A DNA stretch of 64,000 nucleotides. Source: a virus (Duplodnaviria; Caudoviricetes). Position 1 is the stretch's first letter; each line of letters opens with the position of its first letter. The notes beneath the pieces were generated by a model. That model saw only the letters and a list, made by a program, of their open reading frames with translations. It was not told the DNA's origin and did not search any database. Location: positions 3,083 through 67,082 of IMG/VR virus record IMGVR_UViG_2918748958_000001; one strand, 5' to 3'. Shown here one piece after another: positions 52,242 to 61,533 of the stretch. Made by a program: the position numbers and the translations under genes.

Positions 52242-52979
52242 ATGAAGGACATTGACGAAATCAGGCGAGACAACATGCGGCTCATCGAACTCGAGCGCGG
52301 CGGCCCATCAGAAGCGGCGAAAGCTATCGGCATGTCCCTCTCGCAGTTCACCAACCTGCGGGACGGCGCCAAGGACTCGCAGACCGGCCGCCCACGCGGG
52401 ATGCGCAAGGAGACGGCCCGGCGGATCGAGGTAGCCGCAGAAAAGCCCGAAGGCTGGTTGGACACCGACCATTCCGCAGAATCCGCCCCGCGGTCTCCAG
52501 CTGCCGCACCCCACGCCACCGGCGACGAGTTCGTGATCGTTCAGTACGATGTCAGCGGCGGCATGGACACCCGCGGCAAGTTAATCCTCGATGGCGAAGT
52601 CGCAGGAGAAATTAAGAGCTGGCGAGTGAACCGCGAGTGGCTGCGTATGCATGTGCCCGTCTACACCAGCCTGCAGAACCTGTGCATCGTCACCGGATTC
52701 GGACCATCCATGAAACCGATGTTCAACCCCGGCGATCCGCTGTTGGTGGATCGGGGCGTGAAACTTGTTGACCACGAGGGCGTGTACTTCTTTCGGATCG
52801 GCGACCAAGGGTTCATCAAGATCATCCAGCGGGTTCCGAACTTCGACAAGCCGGGCTTCGCGCTCCGCATCATCTCGAAGAACAAGGAAGACTTCCCCCC
52901 ATACGACATCTCGCCGACGAATCCCGATTTCCACGTTATCGGCAAAATCCTGACGGTGTGGAAGAGCGAGCAGTACTGA
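52242..52979 (+). CDS. cI: CI-like repressor, HTH plus S24 autopeptidase
   Basis: N-terminal HTH (..ARRIE..PEGWLD), GPSMKP Ser motif and FIK Lys motif. Confidence 0.9.
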   Translation: MKDIDEIRRDNMRLIELERGGPSEAAKAIGMSLSQFTNLRDGAKDSQTGRPRGMRKETARRIEVAAEKPEGWLDTDHSAESAPRSPAAAPHATGDEFVIVQYDVSGGMDTRGKLILDGEVAGEIKSWRVNREWLRMHVPVYTSLQNLCIVTGFGPSMKPMFNPGDPLLVDRGVKLVDHEGVYFFRIGDQGFIKIIQRVPNFDKPGFALRIISKNKEDFPPYDISPTNPDFHVIGKILTVWKSEQY

Positions 52980-53064
52980 ACAGACCAAAGGAGAACCCCC
53001 GCTCCCGCGAGGCGATCGACCAACTCCGCCTAATGGCACAGAAAAACGTACTGGGAGATGAGGA

Positions 53065-53964
53065 TTGGGAAATGATCAAGCAGCTGGCACAGCACTTCCA
53101 GCAGAAAAAGAAATAGCCCCGCGTTCTGCAAACGACTCGGCGTTCGACCTGCTGCCGAAGCCGGTCAAGGTCTTGGCCCTGAACAAGGGCGCAGAGCAGG
53201 TGCGACGGAATCGCGAGGAAAGCAAGGGTGACGAGCTCTGGCTTGCGACGGCCTATGACGAGGAGGATCCGTCGACAGACGATGTCTCGATCTACCTTCG
53301 CATCGCGAACCCAATGCCGGTTGTTGCCGAGTTGCTGTGTGCTGTGCTCGGGCGATCGCTCGGGCTACCGGTACCGGAGCCCTATCTGGTGAAAATCGAT
53401 GCGGGTGCGTTGCCTAGCTCTCGGCTTCTGACGATTGACAGGCCTGCCCTCGCCTTCGCCAGTCGCGACGTGGGAGGAACGAGCTTCAGTCAGCTACTAC
53501 GTTCAGGCAGTCCAGGCGCCCAAGCGATGCTCATGAAGTGGGAGCACCTGATTCCAGTAGCAACTTTCGACGAATGGATGGCGAACCGGGACCGGAACCT
53601 CAGCAACATCATCTTCATGTCGAATGTCCTCTGGATCATTGACCACGCAGAGGCCTTCCACGGAAGCGCTCGCGGACTCTTCGGGCTCCCCGAGCTTGTC
53701 GGTGAATCCGCCAGCAACATACTTGCCGACATGCTCGTGAAATTGAACGCAGCGGCATGCGCAGCGCACCTCGAATCCGCTCAGACATGGTTGACCTCAA
53801 TGGCGGCCAGGGTGAGCATCCCAGATGCGGCCGCTTGTGCCGACATCGAGCAATGGCAAACACCCGAGCAGCAAGCCGAATTGATAGACTTCATCGCCCA
53901 AAGGCTTTCTCTCACTCACGCCCTCCTATGCAATCGTCTGGGCCACCCGCAACTGTCCACCTGA
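53065..53964 (+). CDS. HipA-like kinase
   Basis: VAELLCAVLGRSLGLPVP, FDEWMANRDRNLSN and IIDH kinase motifs. Start uncertain. Confidence 0.85.
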   Translation: MGNDQAAGTALPAEKEIAPRSANDSAFDLLPKPVKVLALNKGAEQVRRNREESKGDELWLATAYDEEDPSTDDVSIYLRIANPMPVVAELLCAVLGRSLGLPVPEPYLVKIDAGALPSSRLLTIDRPALAFASRDVGGTSFSQLLRSGSPGAQAMLMKWEHLIPVATFDEWMANRDRNLSNIIFMSNVLWIIDHAEAFHGSARGLFGLPELVGESASNILADMLVKLNAAACAAHLESAQTWLTSMAARVSIPDAAACADIEQWQTPEQQAELIDFIAQRLSLTHALLCNRLGHPQLST

Positions 53965-54833
53965 TCGAAGCCGTCACTGCCCGCAATGGTCGTGTAGAAG
54001 GCGTTCGTGCCGTCATCGAGTTCGCGCCAAAGTTGGTGTCGCTTGAACGCCTGTGTGCTGGCGTCGTTGTAAGGACGACTGATGGCGAAGTTATTGCTGG
54101 GTGCGCACTCGACAAGAGAAAGATTGAAAACGCCTTCGGCTTGGCCGGCAAGGCGATCTATGAAATCGCGCATGCGCTGTGCGCTTCGCTCGCGCAGCAT
54201 TGGCTTGGTGAAGGAGACCCTCAGACATGGATCCCCCCTTTCGAAGGCGCGAGTATTGCGCGCGTCAACGAGTTCACCGCACGCAGCGCCGAAGCAGCGA
54301 TTCAGCAAGGGCTCGAGTTGCACAGCACGCTCGGGACTTTGCTCGCCCACTACGAGATCGCGGAGCAGTCTCGCAACGTCAACATCGTCGAACGAGTGAA
54401 GACAGCTGTGAAGCGTGATGTAAATGCGAAGCACCTGACCACTCGGTTCAATCGGACATTGCCGCTGGGACGGGATGCTGCGCCCATGCGTGTCGACTTC
54501 CTTGGGCAGAACTTTGCATGCTATTTCCTCCAGGTCGTGCGCAGTGCGCGCTCAAGTGAGGTCAATGCGGAGCGCGCGCTTGGAAAGTTGTTCGAACTCC
54601 AAACCCTCAAGCGATTTATCGCAAAGCCCAAGAAGAGCTTGGGTCTGCTGGAAGAGGAACGGCCAAAGCATTTCGAATTGGTGATGATCGGCAGTCGGAC
54701 TGACGCAATCCAGCGGCGCATCGTCTACCAAGTCGAAGCCATGGCCGACAAGAGTCAGGTGGATACGCTGGTACTCGACAGTGCCATCGCCGCGGCGGAG
54801 CATGTGGCCCACAAAGAGCGCCTCGCCGCCTAA
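53928..54833 (+). CDS. DUF3037-like partner protein
   Basis: RAVIEFAPKLVSLERLCAGVV resembles the DUF3037 N-terminus; overlaps the kinase stop. Start uncertain. Confidence 0.65.
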   Translation: MQSSGPPATVHLIEAVTARNGRVEGVRAVIEFAPKLVSLERLCAGVVVRTTDGEVIAGCALDKRKIENAFGLAGKAIYEIAHALCASLAQHWLGEGDPQTWIPPFEGASIARVNEFTARSAEAAIQQGLELHSTLGTLLAHYEIAEQSRNVNIVERVKTAVKRDVNAKHLTTRFNRTLPLGRDAAPMRVDFLGQNFACYFLQVVRSARSSEVNAERALGKLFELQTLKRFIAKPKKSLGLLEEERPKHFELVMIGSRTDAIQRRIVYQVEAMADKSQVDTLVLDSAIAAAEHVAHKERLAA

Positions 54834-55196
54834 GAACGAGTTGGCCAAGAACATCGTGCCGAACTGTCTCTTCGCCCGCAAGTCGGTTGATCCCTCCGAA
54901 GTAGCGCGACTCCACGACGCTGTGTCAACGCTTTCGTCTGTTGTCGCTGTATGCCAAGTGCGTAGATCGTCGACCGCTGCGCCACCGCGCAAGTTGATCA
55001 CGAAACCGTGCGACAAGTCGCAGCGCTCAATCAACACGCCGATCTTTTCCTCTTGGCAGAATGCTTTCAGATGCCCTACCGCTGCCGCATTTTCTGGCTT
55101 CATGCAAATTCCTTGCCCGCGCCACGCGAGCCTTCCGACCTCATAGCGTAGACACCGCCCTCCCTTCAACGAACCCCTGCCGGGGGCACCGACATC

Positions 55197-55221
55197 AAGC
55201 CCGCCACGCGCGGGCTTTTTT
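55197..55221 (+). terminator. intrinsic terminator ending the cI-kinase-DUF3037 unit
   Basis: AAGCCCGC-5nt-GCGGGCTT followed by a T-run. Confidence 0.85.
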
Positions 55222-55260
55222 GTGTCCCGCAGCACTGAGCGGGAGCAGTATCGCAAAACT

Positions 55261-55304
55261 TTTTGCGTTTCGCTATTGACGTTGATTTTGCGTTTCGCTA
55301 AATT
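55261..55304 (+). promoter_or_regulatory. pL promoter with two OL operators
   Basis: TTGACG(55276)-N17-TAAATT, overlapped by two TTTTGCGTTTCGCTA copies that match the OR core. Confidence 0.8.
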
Positions 55305-55340
55305 ACTCCTCACGACCACTACAGGTCACCAGGAGCGCAA

Positions 55341-55541
55341 ATGCAAAGCAACCCCGGGCGAATGGCCCACGCGAAACCGGCAAGCACGCCGGCCCCCTGC
55401 CCCGAATTCAGCGAAGAACAACTGATCGCCTTCGACCGCGCCTACGCGGCCGCCAAGGACACCGGCGCGCTCGACCGCCTGCGCATCGCCGCCGCGGCAA
55501 ACATCGAGCTGTCGCACAACCGTTCGGCGAGGCTCGCATGA
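55341..55541 (+). CDS. first pL gene, hypothetical
   Basis: AGGAG RBS; 66 aa. Confidence 0.65.
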   Translation: MQSNPGRMAHAKPASTPAPCPEFSEEQLIAFDRAYAAAKDTGALDRLRIAAAANIELSHNRSARLA

Positions 55542-56410
55542 CGGCGATGCTGATCGCCCACGGGCTGGAGCTGCAGCGCCAGATCGCAGCCTTGCGCCAG
55601 CACTACGCCGAGGCGCGCCGCGCGCGCCATGCCGGCCCACTTCGGACGGTGCGCAGCATGAGCGCCGCAACCACCAATGGCCGCCCCATGCCCCCGGATC
55701 CCGGTCGCGTTCAAAGCGCAAAGCAGCGATTGGCGCAGACGGCCACGGGTATGCCGTTACTCGGCAGGCGCGTCGCGTCGCTCGCGCGCATCTTCGATCT
55801 GCTTCGGCAACGTATAGAGATAGACCAACAGGAAGTGCGTCAGGTGATGCATCTGCTCGGTCATCTCCTCAGTGGCGTCTTCATCTCCATGAAGCGCCTC
55901 GTTTCCGTCAAGGCGCAACTCATGGGCCCATTGCTGAATGTCCCTGGTGATGCGATGCTCGTTCGCGAGTTTGTCGATTCGCTTCTCGAGCTTCCAAGCC
56001 TCAACCTCGGGGGCAAACGCTTTGAGGGCCAACTCCATCGCACGCCTATACATCCCGCAGGCAGCATTCCACGATCGCCGACGCCGAGCCTCCGCGGCTT
56101 CTACATAAGTGCGCGCTATTTTCTCTGGGACATCTGCAGGGGCCTCCAACACATCGGCTTTCGGCCATTGCGTGAGAACCACCAAGGAAGCATGTTTCAT
56201 CAGATTGCCTTGGGTATCACCTGCGTTCCAAACCTGAGAACTTCGGTTGTGCATCCGCACAACAACCGGCAAGTGGCAGCTGTTGCAAGAGGCCGTCACC
56301 ACCCGCTCACGCGGCAGATCCGGCATCGCGTACTCACTACGCAACGTGAAAGCGACTTGCTGAGCCGCGCAGTGCGGGCAATCGAGCACCAGGGAATTCG
56401 CCATGTCTGA
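55538..56410 (+). other. coupled ORF spanning the antisense DUF4145 gene
   Basis: ATGA-coupled start; in codon register with 55757..56404; stop overlaps the next ATG. Confidence 0.4.
55757..56404 (-). CDS. DUF4145 (HEPN-like) protein with N-terminal Zn ribbon
   Basis: CPHC..CNSC; NAACGMYRRAMELAL..LEKRIDKL..WAHELRLDGNEALH. Confidence 0.85.
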   Translation of the reverse strand: MANSLVLDCPHCAAQQVAFTLRSEYAMPDLPRERVVTASCNSCHLPVVVRMHNRSSQVWNAGDTQGNLMKHASLVVLTQWPKADVLEAPADVPEKIARTYVEAAEARRRRSWNAACGMYRRAMELALKAFAPEVEAWKLEKRIDKLANEHRITRDIQQWAHELRLDGNEALHGDEDATEEMTEQMHHLTHFLLVYLYTLPKQIEDARERRDAPAE

Positions 56411-56609
56411 TCTCCTTGCCGTCATTGTGCGCGAGGACGAAAAAATCAGCGCGGTCTTGGAGCAGCCCCGAGCGAATCGACTCGCGCAACTGCGTGAAGT
56501 CGTCCGCCTATCCATAGATAGAGAGGCGCTTGTCTTAACGATCCTTTCCCGTCTTCTTCTCGAGCACGATGGGCGAAAGCTTGCGGAGCGGAGGGAACTC
56601 AAGTCGTGA
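56403..56609 (+). CDS. hypothetical or coupling ORF
   Basis: 68 aa, overlapping both neighbours; GTGA junction at the 3' end. Confidence 0.35.
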   Translation: MSDLLAVIVREDEKISAVLEQPRANRLAQLREVVRLSIDREALVLTILSRLLLEHDGRKLAERRELKS

Positions 56610-56860
56610 GCGCCCTCTTCCATACCCCCCTGACCGCACCGCGGCAGTTCGTCGGCGCCGTTGATGCGACGCACGAGCGCGTCACACCGTGTCCACGCAC
56701 GCTCGAGCAGGCCTTCGGCCCTGCCTCCGACTCCGGTGTCCTCGTCCCAATGGACGCCGACAAGCCCTTGCACCCCTCCGAGAAGTTGGTGACGCGCGCC
56801 AGCGCGCTCGCCGGCCTCTTCGTCATCGCCCTTCTTATCTTCGAAAGGATCGCATCGTGA
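56606..56860 (+). CDS. phage hypothetical membrane protein
   Basis: CPRTLEQAFGP motif and a C-terminal TM segment. Confidence 0.65.
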   Translation: MSALFHTPLTAPRQFVGAVDATHERVTPCPRTLEQAFGPASDSGVLVPMDADKPLHPSEKLVTRASALAGLFVIALLIFERIAS

Positions 56861-57096
56861 GCGTTCGCCTCGTCCACCCGCCGCGCCCCGAAGCCGGCGC
56901 CACCACCATTCCGACCGGCTTTCCGCTGGCCGCCAACGATGGGGCTATCGGCAGCCTCTGGTTCCCGTCAACCGGCCGCGACAACCTGGTCGTCGTCGCG
57001 CTCGTGCTGCTGCTGATCCTGGCCGCCGTGCTGCTCGGCATGTATGGCGAAGGCCCGCGCGATTCTTGGTTCGCACTGTTGGGGATCGCGAAATGA
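56857..57096 (+). CDS. phage hypothetical membrane protein
   Basis: GTGA-coupled; TM segment LVVVALVLLLILAAVLLGM. Confidence 0.6.
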   Translation: MSVRLVHPPRPEAGATTIPTGFPLAANDGAIGSLWFPSTGRDNLVVVALVLLLILAAVLLGMYGEGPRDSWFALLGIAK

Positions 57097-57917
57097 GCAC
57101 CGCACTCGCCCATGCAGAGTCCGAGGTTCTCGAACCCAAAGCGCAGGTCGTCCTGCCGCCGCGCAACGAGATTGCGACGGTCATGCACGCCATCACGGCC
57201 GCAGCCAACGATCCGAACGTCGACATCGACAAGATGGAGCGGCTGTTGAGCATGCACGAGCGCATGCACGCCCGCGCCAACGAGCAAAAGTTCAACGCGG
57301 CGATGACCAAGGCGCAGGCCGCGATGGGTCCGATTTCGGCCGATGCGGTCAATCCACAGACCCGAAGCACCTACGCCAGCTACGCGCAGCTCAACCGGAC
57401 GCTGCGCCCCATCTACACGAAGAACGGTTTCGCGCTCAGCTTCGACACCGACGACAGCCCAAAGGAGAACCACATCCGCGTGCTCTGCTACGTGTCGCAC
57501 GCGGCCGGGCACGTGCGCACCTACAGATGCGACATGCCGGCCGATGGCAAGGGCGCCAAGGGTGGTGACGTCATGACGAAGACCCACGCCCAGGGCTCGG
57601 CCATGACCTACTCCCAGCGCTACCTACTGAAGCTGATCTTCAACGTCGCCATCGGTGAGAACGACGACGACGGCAACGGTGCGGGCCTTGGTCCCGGCAC
57701 CGGCGCCGACGGCCCGAGGCAATCGAGTGATGCCGACCGACTCGCCGACTCGTTGTTCCATCGCCTCCACGGCACCAAGACCGACGGCGAAGCCGCGGCA
57801 CTGTGGGCAGAGGGTTCTGTCGCCCTGGCGGAGACGAAGCGCCGCGACCTCTACACCGAGTTCAAGGACACGGTGATCGCCCACCGCCGCAAGCTGAAGG
57901 CAGGAGCTCGCCCGTGA
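57093..57917 (+). CDS. erf: ERF-family single-strand annealing protein
   Basis: DIDKMERLLSMHER, STYASY, GSAMTYSQRYLL and ENDDDGN. Confidence 0.9.
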   Translation: MSTALAHAESEVLEPKAQVVLPPRNEIATVMHAITAAANDPNVDIDKMERLLSMHERMHARANEQKFNAAMTKAQAAMGPISADAVNPQTRSTYASYAQLNRTLRPIYTKNGFALSFDTDDSPKENHIRVLCYVSHAAGHVRTYRCDMPADGKGAKGGDVMTKTHAQGSAMTYSQRYLLKLIFNVAIGENDDDGNGAGLGPGTGADGPRQSSDADRLADSLFHRLHGTKTDGEAAALWAEGSVALAETKRRDLYTEFKDTVIAHRRKLKAGARP

Positions 57918-58849
57918 TCCTGCTGAACCATCCCCAGGGGAGCGAAGACTGGCTGCGCGCGCGCTGCGGCGTGGCCACCGCCTCCCGATTCGGCGAGGCG
58001 CGCGAGAAGGTCGGCGGCTTGACCGACCAGCAGCGCCTCTACGTTGAAGCCCTGCAGCTCGGCATGGCCGAGCCCGACGCACGCGCCAAGGCCGGCTACA
58101 AGCAGAAGCCCATGGCGGCCGCCATCGCCAAGGCGCTGAATGGCGAGCCCACCGAGGAGCCGGGCGCGGCCGCGATCAAGTACGCCTGGCTGGTTGCCAT
58201 CGAGACCATCAGTCGCGAGCCGCTCGATGACACCTTCGTCACGTACGCGATGCGCCGCGGCCGGGATCTCGAACCCAGGGCTCGAGTGGTCTACGAGACG
58301 CGCACGGGCGCGCTGGTCGAGGAGGTCAGCCTGATCCTGACCGATGACGAGCGGTTCGGCTATTCGTCCGACGGCCTGATCGACGACGACGGCATGGTCG
58401 AAATCAAATGTCCGCTCGCGTGCGACAAGCTGGGCCAGGTCTGGGCCAGCCCGGAAACCGCGCACCTCGAATACATCGACCAGATCAACGGCGGCCTCTG
58501 GATCACCGGGCGCCAGTGGTGCGACCTGGTGGTGTATTGCCCCTGGTTGGAGCCGGTCGGCAAGGACCTGTTCATCAAGCGCATCTATCGCAACGAAGAC
58601 GCCATCGCCGCTCTCGAAGCCGACCTGATCGGCTTCATGCGGCTGGTGGACGGCCACCTCGAGGTGCTGCGCACACCCACAAAGATGTCCGGCGCCCCCA
58701 AGGTCGCGCCGGCAGAGGTGCCCGCTGTCGCCGCTATGCGCGCCGCCGCTCCTGCGCCCGCCCCCGCCCCCGCACCCGCATCCCTCCACTTCTCCGAGCT
58801 CGCCGCGCCCGCGCGCGGCGGCAACGCTGTTGTCGACAACCCCTTTTGA
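57914..58849 (+). CDS. YqaJ/lambda-exonuclease-family protein
   Basis: QGSEDWLRARCGVATASRF, RGRDLEPRAR and SSDGLIDDDGMVEIKCP. Confidence 0.9.
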   Translation: MILLNHPQGSEDWLRARCGVATASRFGEAREKVGGLTDQQRLYVEALQLGMAEPDARAKAGYKQKPMAAAIAKALNGEPTEEPGAAAIKYAWLVAIETISREPLDDTFVTYAMRRGRDLEPRARVVYETRTGALVEEVSLILTDDERFGYSSDGLIDDDGMVEIKCPLACDKLGQVWASPETAHLEYIDQINGGLWITGRQWCDLVVYCPWLEPVGKDLFIKRIYRNEDAIAALEADLIGFMRLVDGHLEVLRTPTKMSGAPKVAPAEVPAVAAMRAAAPAPAPAPAPASLHFSELAAPARGGNAVVDNPF

Positions 58850-58857
58850 GAGGCCTT

Positions 58858-59955
58858 ATGTCCGAGGTATCCACCACCACCGCCAACGAAGTGGCCGTCC
58901 AGCCACTCACCATCGCGCAGGCAGCGCTGGCACTCTTCTCCCCGCTGGAGAAGGACGTTGAGACGCTCGCGGAGCGGCACCGCAACGTCGTTTTCGACTT
59001 GAGCACGCCGAAGGGTTTCAAGGCGGCCAAAGACGCACGGCTGGAGCTGCGCGAGTCCGGCCGGTTCGCAGTGCAGCGCCTGCGCGACAAGACGAAGGAC
59101 CAGCTCAACGACTGCAAGAAGGTCATCGAAGACGAGGCCACGCGCCTCATTGCCATCGTCTCGCCCGTCGAGACCTTCGTCGACGAACAGATCAAGGTGC
59201 ACGAGAAGAAGCTGGCCGACGAGAAGGCCGAGCGCGACCGCATCGAAGCCGAGCGCAAGCAGAAGCACTTGGACGCCATCGCCAAGATCGAGGCCTACGT
59301 GGCCATGGCCGAGGGGCTGCCCATTGAACGCATCGAAGCCGGGTTGGCCTACGTGCGGGACATCGACGTGAGTGCGGAGGTCTTCGCGGACTTCGCAGTG
59401 CGCGCCTCGGCACAGAAGGACGCGACTATCCGCGCGCTGGAAAAGATGATCGCCGAAGCGCGCGAGCGCGCCGCAGCAGAGGAGCTGCGCCTGGAGAACG
59501 AACGGCTGCAGGCCCAACTCGACGAACTGAAGCGCCAGCAGCCCGCCGCGGCGCCCGCAACAGAACCGACCGACGCGCCAGCCGCGCAGGACGAAGAGCA
59601 GCGCCAAGAGGCCGAGCCGGTGCGCCCGCGGCCGGCGTTGGCCAGCTACTCCGTGCGCCGCGCGCCGCACGCAGCGGTTGCTGCGCCGGCGCCGATCCAG
59701 CAGGCCCTGCCGGTTGCGCCAGCCGCCAACGAATCCGCCGACCATGGCGCGACCACGCTGCGCATCGGCGTCATCGCCGAGCGGCTCGGCTTCGCCTTGA
59801 CCGCCGAGCAGTTGCGCGGCCTGGGCATCGAGCCCGCCTCTCGTGAGCGCGGCGCCACGCTCTATCACGAGCACCAGTTCCCGCAGATCTGCGACGCCCT
59901 CGCGCGCCGTGCCGCCGAGGCCAAGGCCGCTCACATGCAGCCGCTGGCGGCGTGA
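58858..59955 (+). CDS. coiled-coil phage protein
   Basis: VFDLSTPKGFKAAKDARLELRE..; long coiled coil; follows the exonuclease. Confidence 0.75.
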   Translation: MSEVSTTTANEVAVQPLTIAQAALALFSPLEKDVETLAERHRNVVFDLSTPKGFKAAKDARLELRESGRFAVQRLRDKTKDQLNDCKKVIEDEATRLIAIVSPVETFVDEQIKVHEKKLADEKAERDRIEAERKQKHLDAIAKIEAYVAMAEGLPIERIEAGLAYVRDIDVSAEVFADFAVRASAQKDATIRALEKMIAEARERAAAEELRLENERLQAQLDELKRQQPAAAPATEPTDAPAAQDEEQRQEAEPVRPRPALASYSVRRAPHAAVAAPAPIQQALPVAPAANESADHGATTLRIGVIAERLGFALTAEQLRGLGIEPASRERGATLYHEHQFPQICDALARRAAEAKAAHMQPLAA

Positions 59956-59977
59956 TCCACCACCAACAGGAGCATTC

Positions 59978-60133
59978 ATGCCCAAGCCCTCTTCCGCCTC
60001 CACCGCAGAAATCGACGATGCTGAGCTCATCGCCATCGCGATGACGCCGGTGAAGTTGAGCCAGGTGGCCTTCATCGGCTACGTCGCCACCAGCAAGACC
60101 CTCGCCCCCATCGAGGAGGCGCATTCCGCATGA
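59978..60133 (+). CDS. small hypothetical protein
   Basis: AGGAG RBS; 51 aa. Confidence 0.55.
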   Translation: MPKPSSASTAEIDDAELIAIAMTPVKLSQVAFIGYVATSKTLAPIEEAHSA

Positions 60134-60174
60134 AGAGCGCCACCCTCGCCACGCCACGGGATTTCTCTCGTCGG

Positions 60175-61104
60175 CTATTGCCAAAGCCCCATCGCCGCCA
60201 CTTCGGCAAGGCGCCCTCGGTGATAGGCCATGTAGTGTCGTTGGCCGGCGCGGAGCGGTGCAGTGTGGAGCATGGGATCAAGGTTCCAGCTGCGCATCAA
60301 GCCATCCACACCCGGGCCGGCGGTGATCAACGACCCATCGTCTTCGAACGAGATCAGGAAGCGATCAAACAGCTTGTCGACATGCGGGGCCAGCAAAAAT
60401 CCATTCTCGCCGTCGAGCCGTTCTTCGTCAGTGCTCTTCGACCAGGGCTTAATGTGACTCGCGACGAGTACCCGCGGGTCGGAAGTATTAGAGACGCGAC
60501 AGGTGCGGGCAATCGCCGTAACCCGATCCCGAAAGATACCTTGTCCTTTGCGTGCCTCGACCAACTGCTTCTTGGTGGTCGCGGGGATGTTCGCGTTCAG
60601 CACTTGCTGCATCGCCGATGCGTCGTCGACCTCGTCCTGCACTTCCGGGTTACTGACCGAGATAAGGCCTATAAGCAATTGTCCGAGCTGCGGCGTGATA
60701 CCCGCGAGGTAGACGTTCATCGCGCCTTTTCCAGCGCTTGTCAGCGGCGAATGCCTTTCGGGCATCAAAGGCTGGAGTTGCGCAAACATAAGCAAAGGTT
60801 CGAAAGGTTGCGTCAGCAACTTCCAATCGATTGTTACGAGCCACCCATCGGCACCCCAGTTCGTCCCGGCTGCGCCATACGCGGGCTTGGGCGCATCCAC
60901 GTACGGAGCTCGGACCGCGCCGATGGCCCGAATGGCGCGGTCTGCATAGGAAAAGACCAAGTCGCCTGCGGCGACTCTCGTCAAGTTCGTGTACGTCTCG
61001 CGCTCATGGCCGTTCACGTCTGTGTGGGGACACCAGATGTAGCCGCCGCCGACTTCGTGCACGTGCGTGCCACCATGGTTCACCCACCAATAGGCTCTAG
61101 TCAT
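60175..61104 (-). CDS. EVE-HNH modification-dependent restriction endonuclease (VcaM4I-like)
   Basis: YWWVNH..EVGGGYIWCP..GDLVFSY..DGWLV (EVE-like) and RKGQGIFR..C..LVASHIKPW..RLDGENGFLLAPHVDKLFD (HNH). Confidence 0.85.
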   Translation of the reverse strand: MTRAYWWVNHGGTHVHEVGGGYIWCPHTDVNGHERETYTNLTRVAAGDLVFSYADRAIRAIGAVRAPYVDAPKPAYGAAGTNWGADGWLVTIDWKLLTQPFEPLLMFAQLQPLMPERHSPLTSAGKGAMNVYLAGITPQLGQLLIGLISVSNPEVQDEVDDASAMQQVLNANIPATTKKQLVEARKGQGIFRDRVTAIARTCRVSNTSDPRVLVASHIKPWSKSTDEERLDGENGFLLAPHVDKLFDRFLISFEDDGSLITAGPGVDGLMRSWNLDPMLHTAPLRAGQRHYMAYHRGRLAEVAAMGLWQ

Positions 61105-61128
61105 GCTGGGTCTTCGCCGACCTGCCGC

Positions 61129-61491
61129 TCAGACGAGCTGTTCGAGCGTTGGAGGAACGAACGTGAACCACTTACAGCCGTAGACGAGCTCTCGATCGCG
61201 ATCGATAGTGGCGACGCCCGTAGGAATCCCCGTGCCAGGGGTTCCTCGGTTTGTACCAACCACCACGGCCGTGAGGGGCGGCAAGCCGTGATCACCGCAA
61301 TAGCGCGCGACGAGGTCGAGCGTCTGCGAGAGTACCCCAGCCGCCTTGCGCCCGAACATTGCGTTCCCCAAACCTTCGTAGGTAATCGTCTGCCGATTTG
61401 CAGCACAGGAGATGAGGATCTGCCAAGCCTGAAGCGCGCGCTCCGGTCGAGTGGAAGTCGGATTGAACGACCGTGCTGTGTTTTCTGTCAT
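61129..61491 (-). CDS. stand-alone winged-helix protein
   Basis: RQTITYEGL..VLSQTLDLVARYCGDHGLPPLTAVVV..GTPGTG. Confidence 0.75.
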   Translation of the reverse strand: MTENTARSFNPTSTRPERALQAWQILISCAANRQTITYEGLGNAMFGRKAAGVLSQTLDLVARYCGDHGLPPLTAVVVGTNRGTPGTGIPTGVATIDRDRELVYGCKWFTFVPPTLEQLV

Positions 61492-61533
61492 CTCCTGCTC
61501 CTTCTTGCTAGTCCCGCGATACTACCGACAGTC

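Noticed and set aside
54552-55319. 255-aa - strand ORF
   Set aside because: Overlaps DUF3037 in antisense and crosses the terminator and OL; no motif. A short gene in 54840-55190 cannot be excluded.
58585-60075. 496-aa - strand ORF
   Set aside because: Shadow of the exonuclease and coiled-coil genes.
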